From positions 1 through 64,000 of IMG/VR virus record IMGVR_UViG_3300046804_004738: a DNA stretch of 64,000 bases. One strand, written 5' to 3'. Below, piece after piece: positions 1-9,380 of this stretch. The notes beneath the pieces were generated by a model that searched no databases, was not told the origin of the DNA, and was given only the letters and a program-made list of their open reading frames with translations. The first letter of the stretch is position 1; every line of letters starts with the position of its first letter. Position numbers and translations under genes: made by a program. Source of the DNA: a virus.

Positions 1-2
1 AT

Positions 3-419
3 AAACGTTGGCACAAAGCACTAATGGAACACAGAAGAGGTAATGTGCCACCGCATGGTGCAATATGGTTAACCATATATCCTAACGTAATGGTAGAATG
101 GTATCCAGAAGTTTTAGTAATTTCTACACTTTGGCCTGAATCACCACAAAAAACAAAAAATATCGTAGAGTTTTATTATCCAGAAGAAATTTGTCATTTT
201 GAAAGTGACTTTGTTGAGGCGCATCAAGCTGCATACATGGAGACCTGTTATGAAGATGATGAGATTGCTGAAAGAATGGATCGAGGTAGATATCATAATA
301 AGTTAAGTAACTTTGATGATTATGGTCCAATTCATGATCCAATGGAACTAGGTTTAAAATATTTTCATGAATATTACGACAATTATGTAAAAGTATATTG
401 GGGAGTTGATAATACATGA
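3..419 (+). CDS. Rieske non-heme iron oxygenase alpha subunit, C-terminal catalytic domain (5'-truncated by window); possibly putrescine 2-hydroxylase-like
   Basis: Frame is open from base 3 (KRWHKALMEH...). Motifs PPHGAIWLTIYPNVMVEWYP and YMETCYEDDEIAERMDRGR resemble Burkholderiales Rieske oxygenase C-termini. Confidence 0.75.
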   Translation, partial: KRWHKALMEHRRGNVPPHGAIWLTIYPNVMVEWYPEVLVISTLWPESPQKTKNIVEFYYPEEICHFESDFVEAHQAAYMETCYEDDEIAERMDRGRYHNKLSNFDDYGPIHDPMELGLKYFHEYYDNYVKVYWGVDNT

Positions 420-694
420 GTAATAAAGAAAATGAAATAATGAACATTCTTAGTGAGGAATGTGCTGAGGTTATTCAATCCATAAGTAAATGTAATAGAT
501 TTGGAATGGAGAACTTAAAACCAGGTTATGGGAAAACTAATAGAGAACATCTAGCTGATGAGCTTGGAGATGTGCTAGCAATGATTGACATTATGTTAGA
601 ACATGCTATAATAACAGGTGACAAACTTGATGAAGCAAAGCAAAAAAAGTTTGATAAACTAAAGAGATGGTCAACTATATATGAACAAAATTAA
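416..694 (+). CDS. MazG-like NTP pyrophosphohydrolase
   Basis: EECAEV ... ELGDV all-alpha NTP-PPase signature, 92 aa. Confidence 0.8.
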   Translation: MSNKENEIMNILSEECAEVIQSISKCNRFGMENLKPGYGKTNREHLADELGDVLAMIDIMLEHAIITGDKLDEAKQKKFDKLKRWSTIYEQN

Positions 695-1529
695 GGTAGC
701 AGAGTTATTTTACAGTATACAGGGTGAGGGCAGATTTATGGGTGTGCCCTCAGTTTTTCTGCGCACGTATGGTTGTAATTTTAAATGTGCGGGTTTTGGT
801 ATGCCCAAAGGTAAACTAAGCACTGAAGCAGATAAAATTGCAGAACATGTAAGTGATTTTAAATTCTATAATGAATTACCACTAGTGACAACAGGCTGCG
901 ATAGTTATGCTAGTTGGCATCCCGCATTCAAAGACCTTAGTGCGATGTACGATACGGATGTAATCGTAGAAGCAATAATTGGTTCATTGCCGCACAAAGA
1001 GTGGCGCAATGAACATCTAGTTATCACAGGTGGGGAACCATTATTAGGATGGCAACGTGCATATCCCGAACTATTAGAACATCCCAAAATGAAAAAATGT
1101 AAGGACGTTACATTTGAGACTAATGGCACACAAAAGTTACAACAGGATTTTAAATTGTTTTTGTATAAGTGGACACACAAAAAAGGTTATCATAATTTGA
1201 CTTTTAGTGTAAGTCCTAAATTAAGTGTCAGCGGTGAAGATAGAGATGAAGCGATACGCCCTGATATTGTTCGTGAGTATGAAGATTTAGGTCATACATA
1301 TCTTAAATTTGTTGTAGCATCACATGAAGATGTTGATGAAGCCTTAGAAGTAACAGAAATGTATAGAAAAGAAGGATTTGGAGGCCATGTTTATTTGATG
1401 CCAGTTGGTGGCGTTGAAAGTGTTTACGCACTTAACAACAGGGCAGTAGCAGAACTTGCAATGAAACATGGCTTACGTTATAGTGATAGATTGCAAGTCC
1501 CGCTTTTTAAAAACGAATGGGGAACTTAA
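681..1529 (+). CDS. queE: 7-carboxy-7-deazaguanine synthase (radical SAM)
   Basis: ELFYSIQGEG, PSVFLR, GCNFKC...GCDS, ITGGEP, FETNG, SVSPKL, LMP, R-x-Q-V motifs. Confidence 0.88.
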   Translation: MNKIKVAELFYSIQGEGRFMGVPSVFLRTYGCNFKCAGFGMPKGKLSTEADKIAEHVSDFKFYNELPLVTTGCDSYASWHPAFKDLSAMYDTDVIVEAIIGSLPHKEWRNEHLVITGGEPLLGWQRAYPELLEHPKMKKCKDVTFETNGTQKLQQDFKLFLYKWTHKKGYHNLTFSVSPKLSVSGEDRDEAIRPDIVREYEDLGHTYLKFVVASHEDVDEALEVTEMYRKEGFGGHVYLMPVGGVESVYALNNRAVAELAMKHGLRYSDRLQVPLFKNEWGT

Positions 1530-1540
1530 AGGAGAAAAAA

Positions 1541-2056
1541 ATGGCAGATTGGATTATTCACCCTAGTTGGAAAAAGTCACTTATTGAAAGATTTTATTAT
1601 CACAAAGATGATAATACAGTAATGATAGAAACAGGTTGGCGTTGGGGTTCATTTGAGGTTACTACTGAAGATGAAAATGTTCCAACAATAAGTGCAGGTG
1701 ACAATTTATATGATTGTGAATATACTGTTGAACTGATTGAAACATCAGATGGTTGCTGGGAAGAAATTGATTACGATGATTGTGATGATGAAACACGTGA
1801 ATGGCTAGAAAACTTTTTTGAAGAAGGGAATAGCTACTTCGATTTAGTAGAGGAAGACGGATGGAATGAAGGTGATTGCGAAATGATAATTGACTGTGAT
1901 CCTATTTTTGAAAGAGTAGATGGACCTAATGCTGGTAAAAGATATGATGTTGACGGCGACGAAATTAAAGATGAAGAAACAGAAGAAAAACCAATCATTG
2001 AATCGACAACTTTAAATCCTGGTGCAGCATGGCCATTTCCTAAATCTGAAGAATGA
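1541..2056 (+). CDS. Acidic hypothetical protein (paralog of 33350-33898)
   Basis: AGGAG RBS before ATG 1541; WRWG and C-terminal AWPFP shared with the 33350 ORF. Confidence 0.7.
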   Translation: MADWIIHPSWKKSLIERFYYHKDDNTVMIETGWRWGSFEVTTEDENVPTISAGDNLYDCEYTVELIETSDGCWEEIDYDDCDDETREWLENFFEEGNSYFDLVEEDGWNEGDCEMIIDCDPIFERVDGPNAGKRYDVDGDEIKDEETEEKPIIESTTLNPGAAWPFPKSEE

Positions 2057-3405
2057 AAACATACAGCAAACGAATTGGTTTTTTAGTAAGTTATCAAACT
2101 CTTGTACCACACGGAGGTATTGGGCAGTTTACAAAAAGTTTTATAAGGTTAATGGAAGAAAATAATGTTAAAGTAGATATTATAACTGACAAGAAACCAC
2201 AAGACAACGATTTTATAAAATCACTTAACACAAGTATCATTTACCCGGAAGAAACTTATGCCTATACAAACCACAGTTCTATTTTTATGTACGGTGATAG
2301 TTATTGCTATGAACGAATGGCTAACTTTCGTAACGCAATTGTTCATGCGTTAAGTAAAAACCTTTACGATGCACTTATATGTAACACATATGAAACTGTA
2401 CAGGTTGCAAGTACAATGGGTCTTGAAGATGTAATTCAAATTATTGCCTACACTCACTTAGAAAGTCAAATCTTTCCAAACACACTACACAATCCTTTTT
2501 TAGATAGTGTAAACGAAATGATGCGTAAACAATTAAATATGAGTGGCATATTTGTAGGCACACAAAGTAAATTTAATCAAATAGAAATTGACAACGGTGC
2601 ATGGCATCTACCTATTCCATTTACTGAAACAAATTTACTAAAGAAATATAATAACCCACGTGAGGGTGTATTGTTTATTGGTCGTTGGGAAGAAGGTAAA
2701 AATCCAGAACAATATCTTAAAGTAATAGCTGAAACCAAATTACCTGCAAGAGTAATGACAAATGCAAATGGTGCTAAGAAATTCGAAACACGGTTAAAAG
2801 AACTAGGAGTAGATTACAAAATTGCAGTGAGTATTATTGGACAAGAAAAGGTTGATTTTATTACTAGCTGTAGAGTTGCATTCAACCCTAGTAGTGTTGA
2901 AAGTTATGGGCTTGCATTCATTGAGCAGATAAGTCAGCTACCTACTGTCGCAATGGAAAACATGAGATGGACAAAAAATTTCCATCATGAATTATTTTAC
3001 ACAACAGATAAAAAATGGGCAAGTAAAGTAGTAAAAGACCTTTATGATAGATTCCCAACAGCAGACAGTTATTACAATGAAGGTAAGCATGACAAAGTAG
3101 TAGTTGAAGAATCACAAAGCTTTGATAAATGGAATGTTTGTTTTGAGGCATACAAGCCAAGACATAGTAACAGCAACACCGCAAAAATACTTACTTATGA
3201 CACTGTGGTATATGCAGACTATATAGAAGATTTGGGTAGAAAAACTATTTGCATCGATGATATCCGTAGCGTGTTGACAAATAAAGCAAAGTATGCTACA
3301 GTCTTATATACTGACAATCACACCATATTGTCAAAAGAAAAAGATTATGTACCTGTTGTCAATAATGCAACAAATGCTTTTGATGATTTATTTGAATTTC
3401 AATGA
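2053..3405 (+). CDS. GT-B (GT4-like) glycosyltransferase with C-terminal extension; candidate DNA glycosyltransferase
   Basis: HGGIG near N-terminus, LFIGRWEEGKNP, PSSVESYGLAFIE (E-x7-E). Confidence 0.8.
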   Translation: MKTYSKRIGFLVSYQTLVPHGGIGQFTKSFIRLMEENNVKVDIITDKKPQDNDFIKSLNTSIIYPEETYAYTNHSSIFMYGDSYCYERMANFRNAIVHALSKNLYDALICNTYETVQVASTMGLEDVIQIIAYTHLESQIFPNTLHNPFLDSVNEMMRKQLNMSGIFVGTQSKFNQIEIDNGAWHLPIPFTETNLLKKYNNPREGVLFIGRWEEGKNPEQYLKVIAETKLPARVMTNANGAKKFETRLKELGVDYKIAVSIIGQEKVDFITSCRVAFNPSSVESYGLAFIEQISQLPTVAMENMRWTKNFHHELFYTTDKKWASKVVKDLYDRFPTADSYYNEGKHDKVVVEESQSFDKWNVCFEAYKPRHSNSNTAKILTYDTVVYADYIEDLGRKTICIDDIRSVLTNKAKYATVLYTDNHTILSKEKDYVPVVNNATNAFDDLFEFQ

Positions 3406-3599
3406 TAGTTATACCGCACAATAAAATAAGTGTAGTGCAACATTACTGTATCAAAAATATTTCACCTAGGCAATATTATTTACATAATGCATTTGGTGGT
3501 GATGGTTGGGAATTTATAAAAAGCAAAGACATAAATGGGTGGACTCTAAAAATTGACGATCCAAAACTTGAAACTTACATTGAATTGAAATTTAAATGA
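3402..3599 (+). CDS. Small hypothetical protein (dispersed FxL[KR]W-like family)
   Basis: ORF track; ends TYIELKFK. Confidence 0.6.
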   Translation: MIVIPHNKISVVQHYCIKNISPRQYYLHNAFGGDGWEFIKSKDINGWTLKIDDPKLETYIELKFK

Positions 3600-4648
3600 C
3601 ATTTAATCAAAATATTAAACGTATTGGCTTTGCTTGCAAATGGGCAGAGATTAATAAAAAAGGTGAGATTGCTAGCACTGAAGGTCTTAATACAGGTGGT
3701 ACTACTAAGGCGTGGGCTGAGCGTCAAAGTCGCCGTGTAGCAGAAGAAAAAGTTCTCGATGTTGCTGCCCGTAACATTATGAATACGCACAATCTTATCA
3801 AGCGTGTTGCTACATTACCACACGAATTGCGTATGCTTCGCCTCACAAGTGATATGCTTAGTTTTTATACTATGGATGACTGGCAACCCTTTTGGCAATC
3901 TACTGACGTACAAAATAAACTGCAACATTGGTTTGCTCCATTAGGTGAAACTGCACGTGCTAATGACGTTCGTGTAAGTTTTCATCCTGATCAATTTGTA
4001 GTTCTTGCTAGTGATCGTCCTGAGGTAGTAAATAAATCTATAGAGGAGTTTGAATATCATGCAACAATGGCCGCTTTCATGGGATACGGTAAAAAATTTC
4101 AAGACTGCAAAATCAATGTACACATTTCAGGTAGACAAGGGCCTGAAGGTATACGAAAGGCATACCAACGCCTTAGTCCCGAAGCAAGGAACTGTATCAC
4201 TATCGAAAACGAGGAGATAGTGCATGGACTCAGTGATTGTCTCAGTCTTAGCGATTTGCTTCCTATTGTGCTTGACATACATCATCATTGGATACGTGAA
4301 GGGGTATACATTGATCCAAATGATGATAGCGTTAAACGAGTGGTTGATAGCTGGCGTGGTGTTCGCCCTGCTTGTCATTACAGCGTCAGCCGCGAGGATA
4401 TTCTAGTTAATCATGATCCTAATGTTTTACCTGACATGAAATTATTGTTAGAGCAAGGACATAAAAAACAAAAACTACGTGCGCATAGTGATTACTATTG
4501 GAACAAAGCATGTAATGAATGGGCGTTAAGTTTTAACGAACAGTTTGATATTATGTGCGAGAGTAAAGCAAAAAATCTTGCTAGTTTTGCACTATTTGAG
4601 GAAAGTAAAAATGTTAGACAAGATAAAGAAATTCTTTGCGAAGCCTGA
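3596..4648 (+). CDS. uvsE: UV damage endonuclease (UVDE)
   Basis: RIGFAC, RLTSD, RVSFHPDQF, NVHISG, TIENEE, LDIHHH, HYS, RAHSD, MCESKAK. Confidence 0.93.
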   Translation: MTFNQNIKRIGFACKWAEINKKGEIASTEGLNTGGTTKAWAERQSRRVAEEKVLDVAARNIMNTHNLIKRVATLPHELRMLRLTSDMLSFYTMDDWQPFWQSTDVQNKLQHWFAPLGETARANDVRVSFHPDQFVVLASDRPEVVNKSIEEFEYHATMAAFMGYGKKFQDCKINVHISGRQGPEGIRKAYQRLSPEARNCITIENEEIVHGLSDCLSLSDLLPIVLDIHHHWIREGVYIDPNDDSVKRVVDSWRGVRPACHYSVSREDILVNHDPNVLPDMKLLLEQGHKKQKLRAHSDYYWNKACNEWALSFNEQFDIMCESKAKNLASFALFEESKNVRQDKEILCEA

Positions 4649-5021
4649 ACCTAAGGTAGAAGAAATAAAACCAAAGGTCATAAAGCCCAAAGTAAAAGAA
4701 TTAACAGATAAAGAAAAAGCAACTGCAAATAACGAGCCTTATATTGCAATTACAAAGGTAGAAATTAATCCAGATAATGTACTTGATGGATCATTTGAAA
4801 TGGATTGGAATGATAAATTCATTATTAATTTAATTAAGGCGGGATACAAACAGAAAGCAGAAGATACAGATGAGGTTATAGTAGATAGATGGTTTCAGAC
4901 CATATCCAGAAATATAGCACTAGAGTTATATGAACAACAATATGCTGATCCTGAGAAACGTGATGTTAGATATCAGGTTCAAACACGTAAACTAGAAAAC
5001 GGTAGAACGGAAATAGGATGA
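4611..5021 (+). CDS. Hypothetical phage protein
   Basis: GAGGA RBS before ATG 4611; overlaps uvsE end. Confidence 0.7.
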   Translation: MLDKIKKFFAKPEPKVEEIKPKVIKPKVKELTDKEKATANNEPYIAITKVEINPDNVLDGSFEMDWNDKFIINLIKAGYKQKAEDTDEVIVDRWFQTISRNIALELYEQQYADPEKRDVRYQVQTRKLENGRTEIG

Positions 5022-5608
5022 TGACTACATTTAAAGAAGATTTTTTTATTGTCGATAATGCATTAAGCACGACCGATATTTTAAAAAAACGATTACCTAT
5101 TACTGTTGTTCCTTCACACAATGGTAAGTTTGAACCAAAATTTCTACATGAACTATTTGATTCATTGTACGGAAACATTATCAAAGAGGCTAAGGATTTA
5201 TTTTGGGAACAAATATTAAATGAAGAGGCAGCTAGAGGCACCTTTTGGGAAAAAGTTTTAGAAAAGCATATGCCTTTCACACGCCGTCATGCACAAGCAA
5301 ACTATATAGGCTCTGATTTCTTAGATAAGACTGATGCTAAATTTGGGGGTGGATCTAGATATTCTGCTGATGGCACTGTTCAAGCTACTATAAGTGGTTA
5401 TGAAAATAAAACAGGAACATTACGAGTTTGTTTATGTGCCTGGGGACAACATAGCCATAAGGTATATTTTATGTTGATCCCGAACGATGAATATTTCAAT
5501 TGGAAAAGCCCTGCAAAAATCACATTTAAAGCAAACTCTACTCCAATTGGAGCTCTTTGGGACAAATATCAATGCAGTTTTCAAGACGTAATACGTCAAG
5601 GTGTTTAA
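5018..5608 (+). CDS. Putative endonuclease (PD-(D/E)xK-like, possibly DenB/endonuclease IV-like)
   Basis: E...SDFLDKTDAK...GTLRV...YFMLIP pattern; the assignment is tentative. Confidence 0.35.
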   Translation: MMTTFKEDFFIVDNALSTTDILKKRLPITVVPSHNGKFEPKFLHELFDSLYGNIIKEAKDLFWEQILNEEAARGTFWEKVLEKHMPFTRRHAQANYIGSDFLDKTDAKFGGGSRYSADGTVQATISGYENKTGTLRVCLCAWGQHSHKVYFMLIPNDEYFNWKSPAKITFKANSTPIGALWDKYQCSFQDVIRQGV

Positions 5609-5633
5609 AAGTTGCTTAAATAGCAACTTTTTA
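5607..5633 (+). terminator. Hairpin/intrinsic terminator
   Basis: aaaagttgct-taaat-agcaactttt perfect 10-bp stem followed by T run. Confidence 0.55.
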
Positions 5634-5637
5634 TCGG

Positions 5638-5666
5638 TTGACAATAAATCCAATCTTTGATATTAT
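5638..5666 (+). promoter_or_regulatory. Sigma70-type early promoter
   Basis: TTGACA-ataaatccaatctttga (17 bp)-TATTAT. Confidence 0.8.
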
Positions 5667-5695
5667 GTATTTCTAATGTAATTTACAGGAGTAAT

Positions 5696-6940
5696 ATGAT
5701 GACAGAAAAAACAAGTATCAAAAGCGTATTATCCTATGACAATCCTATTAAAGAAGTTAAAAAAGAGGATCGTGCTCCAAATGTTTTAGATAAACAGCCC
5801 GACGAGCATGATGCTAAATCCTTAGTGGATATTGTTGATGATTTCTGTGAAGATGGGGTACTGGAAGAAATTGAAGAATACCTGAAGGAACAAGGAAAAT
5901 TTGTATCATATAGTTACGAGGATTATGCTAAGCCAGCTGAATTAACTCTCAGTCTTTTGTTAAGCGCATTAGCAGTGCAAAGACCTATAAGTAAAAGACA
6001 TTTAAGAAAGATTCAAGAAAAATATAATAGATTAAAAGTTCAAACTCCAATAGTATTAAAAATTAAATTTAACGGTAAGGTATATTACTATATTGTTGAT
6101 GGACAGCATACTGCTGCTACACAAGGTATTCGTGCCCGTTTAGGTTTGATTAAAGAAGTAAGTAAAGAAAATTGGAAAGATGTTAAAATTAAGTGCATGG
6201 TAGTTGAATGTGATGACTTTACCTTTGCTAGAGAAGTTTTCTTAGGCATCAACGGAGAAGATAAGCTTGAACTTGCTTATTTTGATAAATGGAAGAACTA
6301 TGTATTGGGTGCAAGACAAGATAATGCTGATATAGAACTTTGGCAAGATTGTCTTGAACTACAAGAAATTTTAGAAGAATTTGGCATCACTCCTATTCAT
6401 AAAGATAGTCCCGAAAACATTAAAAAAATGCCGGGTGCATTTATTGATGTTCATTTGATTGAGGATAAAAAGCCTGAGGATGTTCGATGGATTGCTAGAC
6501 TGCATCAAATGCTTTGGGATGATAAGCCAATGGATCCATTTGAAGTAGACCCAATGCTGCTATTACGGGATAAAATTAAAAAAGATGCATCATTAGATAA
6601 TAAACAGGTTCGTGCATTTGTTAAGGAATTAGGTGCCTTGATTAGACATACTGCTGGAAGTCCTGCAGGATGGAAAAAGTTTACACAAAAAACCTATCCA
6701 CTTTGGTTTAAAGCTACTCATCCAGATGATGCTGACAAAAAAATCAGTATTCCTGATGATGCCTCTCTTGCACTATTATTATTTGCATATCAAGAGGCAG
6801 GAGGAAAATTTAAAGATTTACGCCTAACCTTTTTAAAGGAAAAGTTTACTAAGCGAGGCGAAACTTTGTTTGATTACCTTAGCCAAGATGGAAAAGAAGT
6901 CGACGGTGATTTGCAATCGTTGATTCGACAAGGCTGTTAA
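5696..6940 (+). CDS. ParB/Srx-superfamily protein with DGQH motif (DndB/DGQHR-like)
   Basis: VQR...YYIVDGQHT...F-x-x-IN; AGGAG RBS before ATG 5696. Confidence 0.7.
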   Translation: MMTEKTSIKSVLSYDNPIKEVKKEDRAPNVLDKQPDEHDAKSLVDIVDDFCEDGVLEEIEEYLKEQGKFVSYSYEDYAKPAELTLSLLLSALAVQRPISKRHLRKIQEKYNRLKVQTPIVLKIKFNGKVYYYIVDGQHTAATQGIRARLGLIKEVSKENWKDVKIKCMVVECDDFTFAREVFLGINGEDKLELAYFDKWKNYVLGARQDNADIELWQDCLELQEILEEFGITPIHKDSPENIKKMPGAFIDVHLIEDKKPEDVRWIARLHQMLWDDKPMDPFEVDPMLLLRDKIKKDASLDNKQVRAFVKELGALIRHTAGSPAGWKKFTQKTYPLWFKATHPDDADKKISIPDDASLALLLFAYQEAGGKFKDLRLTFLKEKFTKRGETLFDYLSQDGKEVDGDLQSLIRQGC

Positions 6941-6942
6941 AA

Positions 6943-7386
6943 GTGAGGACTCATCTTTATTTTGGTAAATATGAGGGTAAAGTTACCTCTTGGAAAGTAG
7001 GTCATATGACTAGTGAGGATAGTCGTATGGCTAATTACAGTAAGGGAGGTAACCTACTTACTATATATGGAATTTGCACCCATCTTGCTGGTTTAAATGA
7101 AAAAATGTTAGACTTTGAGTGGGAGGGCAAAGCTCATTTTTTTCATTACAGACAGAAATTTGCCAAAGAAAAATCAGAATATCTTATGTACGATAAAGCT
7201 CCTAAAGGTTTGCCAATCTTAACAAAAGAAAGTATACTTGAATGGTATAAAAATGAATCAAGATATATAAGTGGATTTTATTGGGTAAAAGATTGTTACT
7301 TTCCTTTGTATAGCAATAAAGTAAAACTAACTGAATTTATGGAAAAAGTATGGCAGGATCCAAAAAAATACCTTGAGGGTTTTTAA
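6943..7386 (+). CDS. Hypothetical protein, possibly GIY-YIG/T5orf172-like
   Basis: HLYF...WKVGHMT...R-x-x-x-Y...E pattern. Confidence 0.4.
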   Translation: MRTHLYFGKYEGKVTSWKVGHMTSEDSRMANYSKGGNLLTIYGICTHLAGLNEKMLDFEWEGKAHFFHYRQKFAKEKSEYLMYDKAPKGLPILTKESILEWYKNESRYISGFYWVKDCYFPLYSNKVKLTEFMEKVWQDPKKYLEGF

Positions 7387-7389
7387 CAT

Positions 7390-7418
7390 TTGACAATTAT
7401 TAAACTTACTGCTATACT
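7390..7418 (+). promoter_or_regulatory. Sigma70-type promoter; predicted start site coincides with rnh ATG (leaderless)
   Basis: TTGACA-17bp-TATACT; ATG 7 nt downstream with no SD. Confidence 0.75.
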
Positions 7419-7424
7419 TACATC

Positions 7425-8429
7425 ATGAAAAAATACGCACTCATAGACACTGCTAACACATTTTTTCGTGCTAGACACATTGCTAGCCGAAATACAGACA
7501 CGTGGGGCAAGATTGGGATGGCACTACACTTGTCACTTGCAAGTGTAAATCAAATTTACAAAAAGTTTGGTATCGACCACACAGTGTTCGCACTGGAAGG
7601 TCGCAGCTTCAGGAAGGACTTCTACAAGCCTTACAAGGCTAATCGTGCTGTAGCCAATCAGGCCTTGACAGAAGCAGAAAAAGAAGAAAACGAACTTTTT
7701 TGGGACACGTATGAAAAGTTTACTACGTATCTCAAAGAAAAAACCAACGTGTCTGTTATTCGTCATGAAAATGCCGAGGCAGACGATATTATAGCACGTT
7801 TTACTACATTACATCCAAATGACCAAATATATATTATTAGTAGCGACACTGATTATCACCAGCTTATATCTAATAATTGCCACCAATATAATCCAGTCGC
7901 CAATCAACTCATCACCCCCGAAGGATACTTTGACGATAAGGGGCGTCAAGTTGTAGACAAGAAAACTAAGGAGCCGAAACTTCTTGGAGATCCGCAATTT
8001 ATTTTATTTGAGAAGTGTATGCGCGGCGACGCAACTGACAACGTGTTCAGTGCATATCCAGGCGTAAGAACTAAGGGTAGTAAAAATAAAGTTGGATTAA
8101 CTGAGGCGTTTGAAGATCGCACAAAACAAGGATATGCGTGGAACAATCTAATGCTCCAACGCTGGACTGATCATGAAGGCGTTGAACATCGTGTAAAGGA
8201 TGACTACGAACGTAATCGCACGTTAATTGACCTTAATGCACAACCACAAGAGATTAAAGATAAAGTTGACGAGGCTATACGCAATGGTGTTCGTACAACA
8301 ACTACGCCACAAGTTGGTGTACACTTTATGAAATTTTGTGGTAGGTACGAACTTACTAAAATTAGTGAACAAGCAGAGGCATACGCAAAATGGTTAAACT
8401 CGCCATACGAAGGTTGTTTAATAAAATAA
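7425..8429 (+). CDS. rnh: T4-type RNase H / 5'-3' flap exonuclease
   Basis: LID...FFR, FRKDFYKPYKANR, EADDIIA, SSDTDY-x-QL, RGDATDNV. Confidence 0.92.
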   Translation: MKKYALIDTANTFFRARHIASRNTDTWGKIGMALHLSLASVNQIYKKFGIDHTVFALEGRSFRKDFYKPYKANRAVANQALTEAEKEENELFWDTYEKFTTYLKEKTNVSVIRHENAEADDIIARFTTLHPNDQIYIISSDTDYHQLISNNCHQYNPVANQLITPEGYFDDKGRQVVDKKTKEPKLLGDPQFILFEKCMRGDATDNVFSAYPGVRTKGSKNKVGLTEAFEDRTKQGYAWNNLMLQRWTDHEGVEHRVKDDYERNRTLIDLNAQPQEIKDKVDEAIRNGVRTTTTPQVGVHFMKFCGRYELTKISEQAEAYAKWLNSPYEGCLIK

Positions 8430-8446
8430 AATTAAAGGTTCAGTAC

Positions 8447-9380
8447 ATGCGTAGAGAAACATTAAAGGACAGTTTGTATGGTGGATTAGTTGAAATAACT
8501 AAGAATCCTAGACTATATAGATTTAGCGAGATTGGCAAAGAATATTGCTACTTTACAGAAGCAGGTAAAGAAGAAATAATTGAATGGATTTCTAATCACG
8601 CAAAAGAAATTGCTACAGCCGAAGAGATTATTTTGAATGAACGGGCAAAAAAATTAGTATTGGATGAACTGAAAAGATAATGTATACTATATCCGGTAAA
8701 ACCTTTATTGAAATTACCTCAGGTAAAGACCTTTGGTACATGACTGACGGGGTTAAACTTGTACCAAGAGCGGCTATTCAAATTACTGATAAATGTCCAG
8801 ATAATTTTAAGTCTATCATAAGAGAAGCTATAAACTGTGGATATATTGAACCAATAGCGTATATGAGTGAGAGAGACTATCTTTGGGCAACTTTGGAAAA
8901 ATAACATAAATATCTTAAGAGGTACTTATGTTTAATGCTTTTTATTCGTGATTTTGATGGGATTGCCCAATATGTCGTTTGCAACGAAGATGGCAAATGT
9001 CTCATTATCACTACAAGTAGTAAAATTGCTATGTTTGTAGAAAGACATGTAAAAGGTATACCTTCCGATCTTCGCCTTAATATCGGGGGAGATCCTGGAA
9101 CGAAAGAAGAAAAAAAACTTTGGCATCACATTAAAAGATACACAAAATGATTGAGACTCCATTTCCCTTTCCAATTCACATAACTCAAGAAGTTTACAAA
9201 ACTAGGGCTATTCCTGCAGTTGATGGTACGCAAATTAAAAACACAGTTGTCACAGAAACAAGTTATCCTGAAGGTAATTCTACTAGGCGAGTTGAATCAT
9301 ATACGGTTACTGTATATGATGCTGCTGGACGACTCAATTCATACTTGTTTGGATACAATCACATTGACAGATTGGTATAA
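8447..9380 (+). CDS. Four small hypothetical genes (8447-8680, 8680-8904, 8935-9150, 9147-9380)
   Basis: Abutting or overlapping ORFs; TAAATA at 8907-8912 upstream of 8935. Confidence 0.6.
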
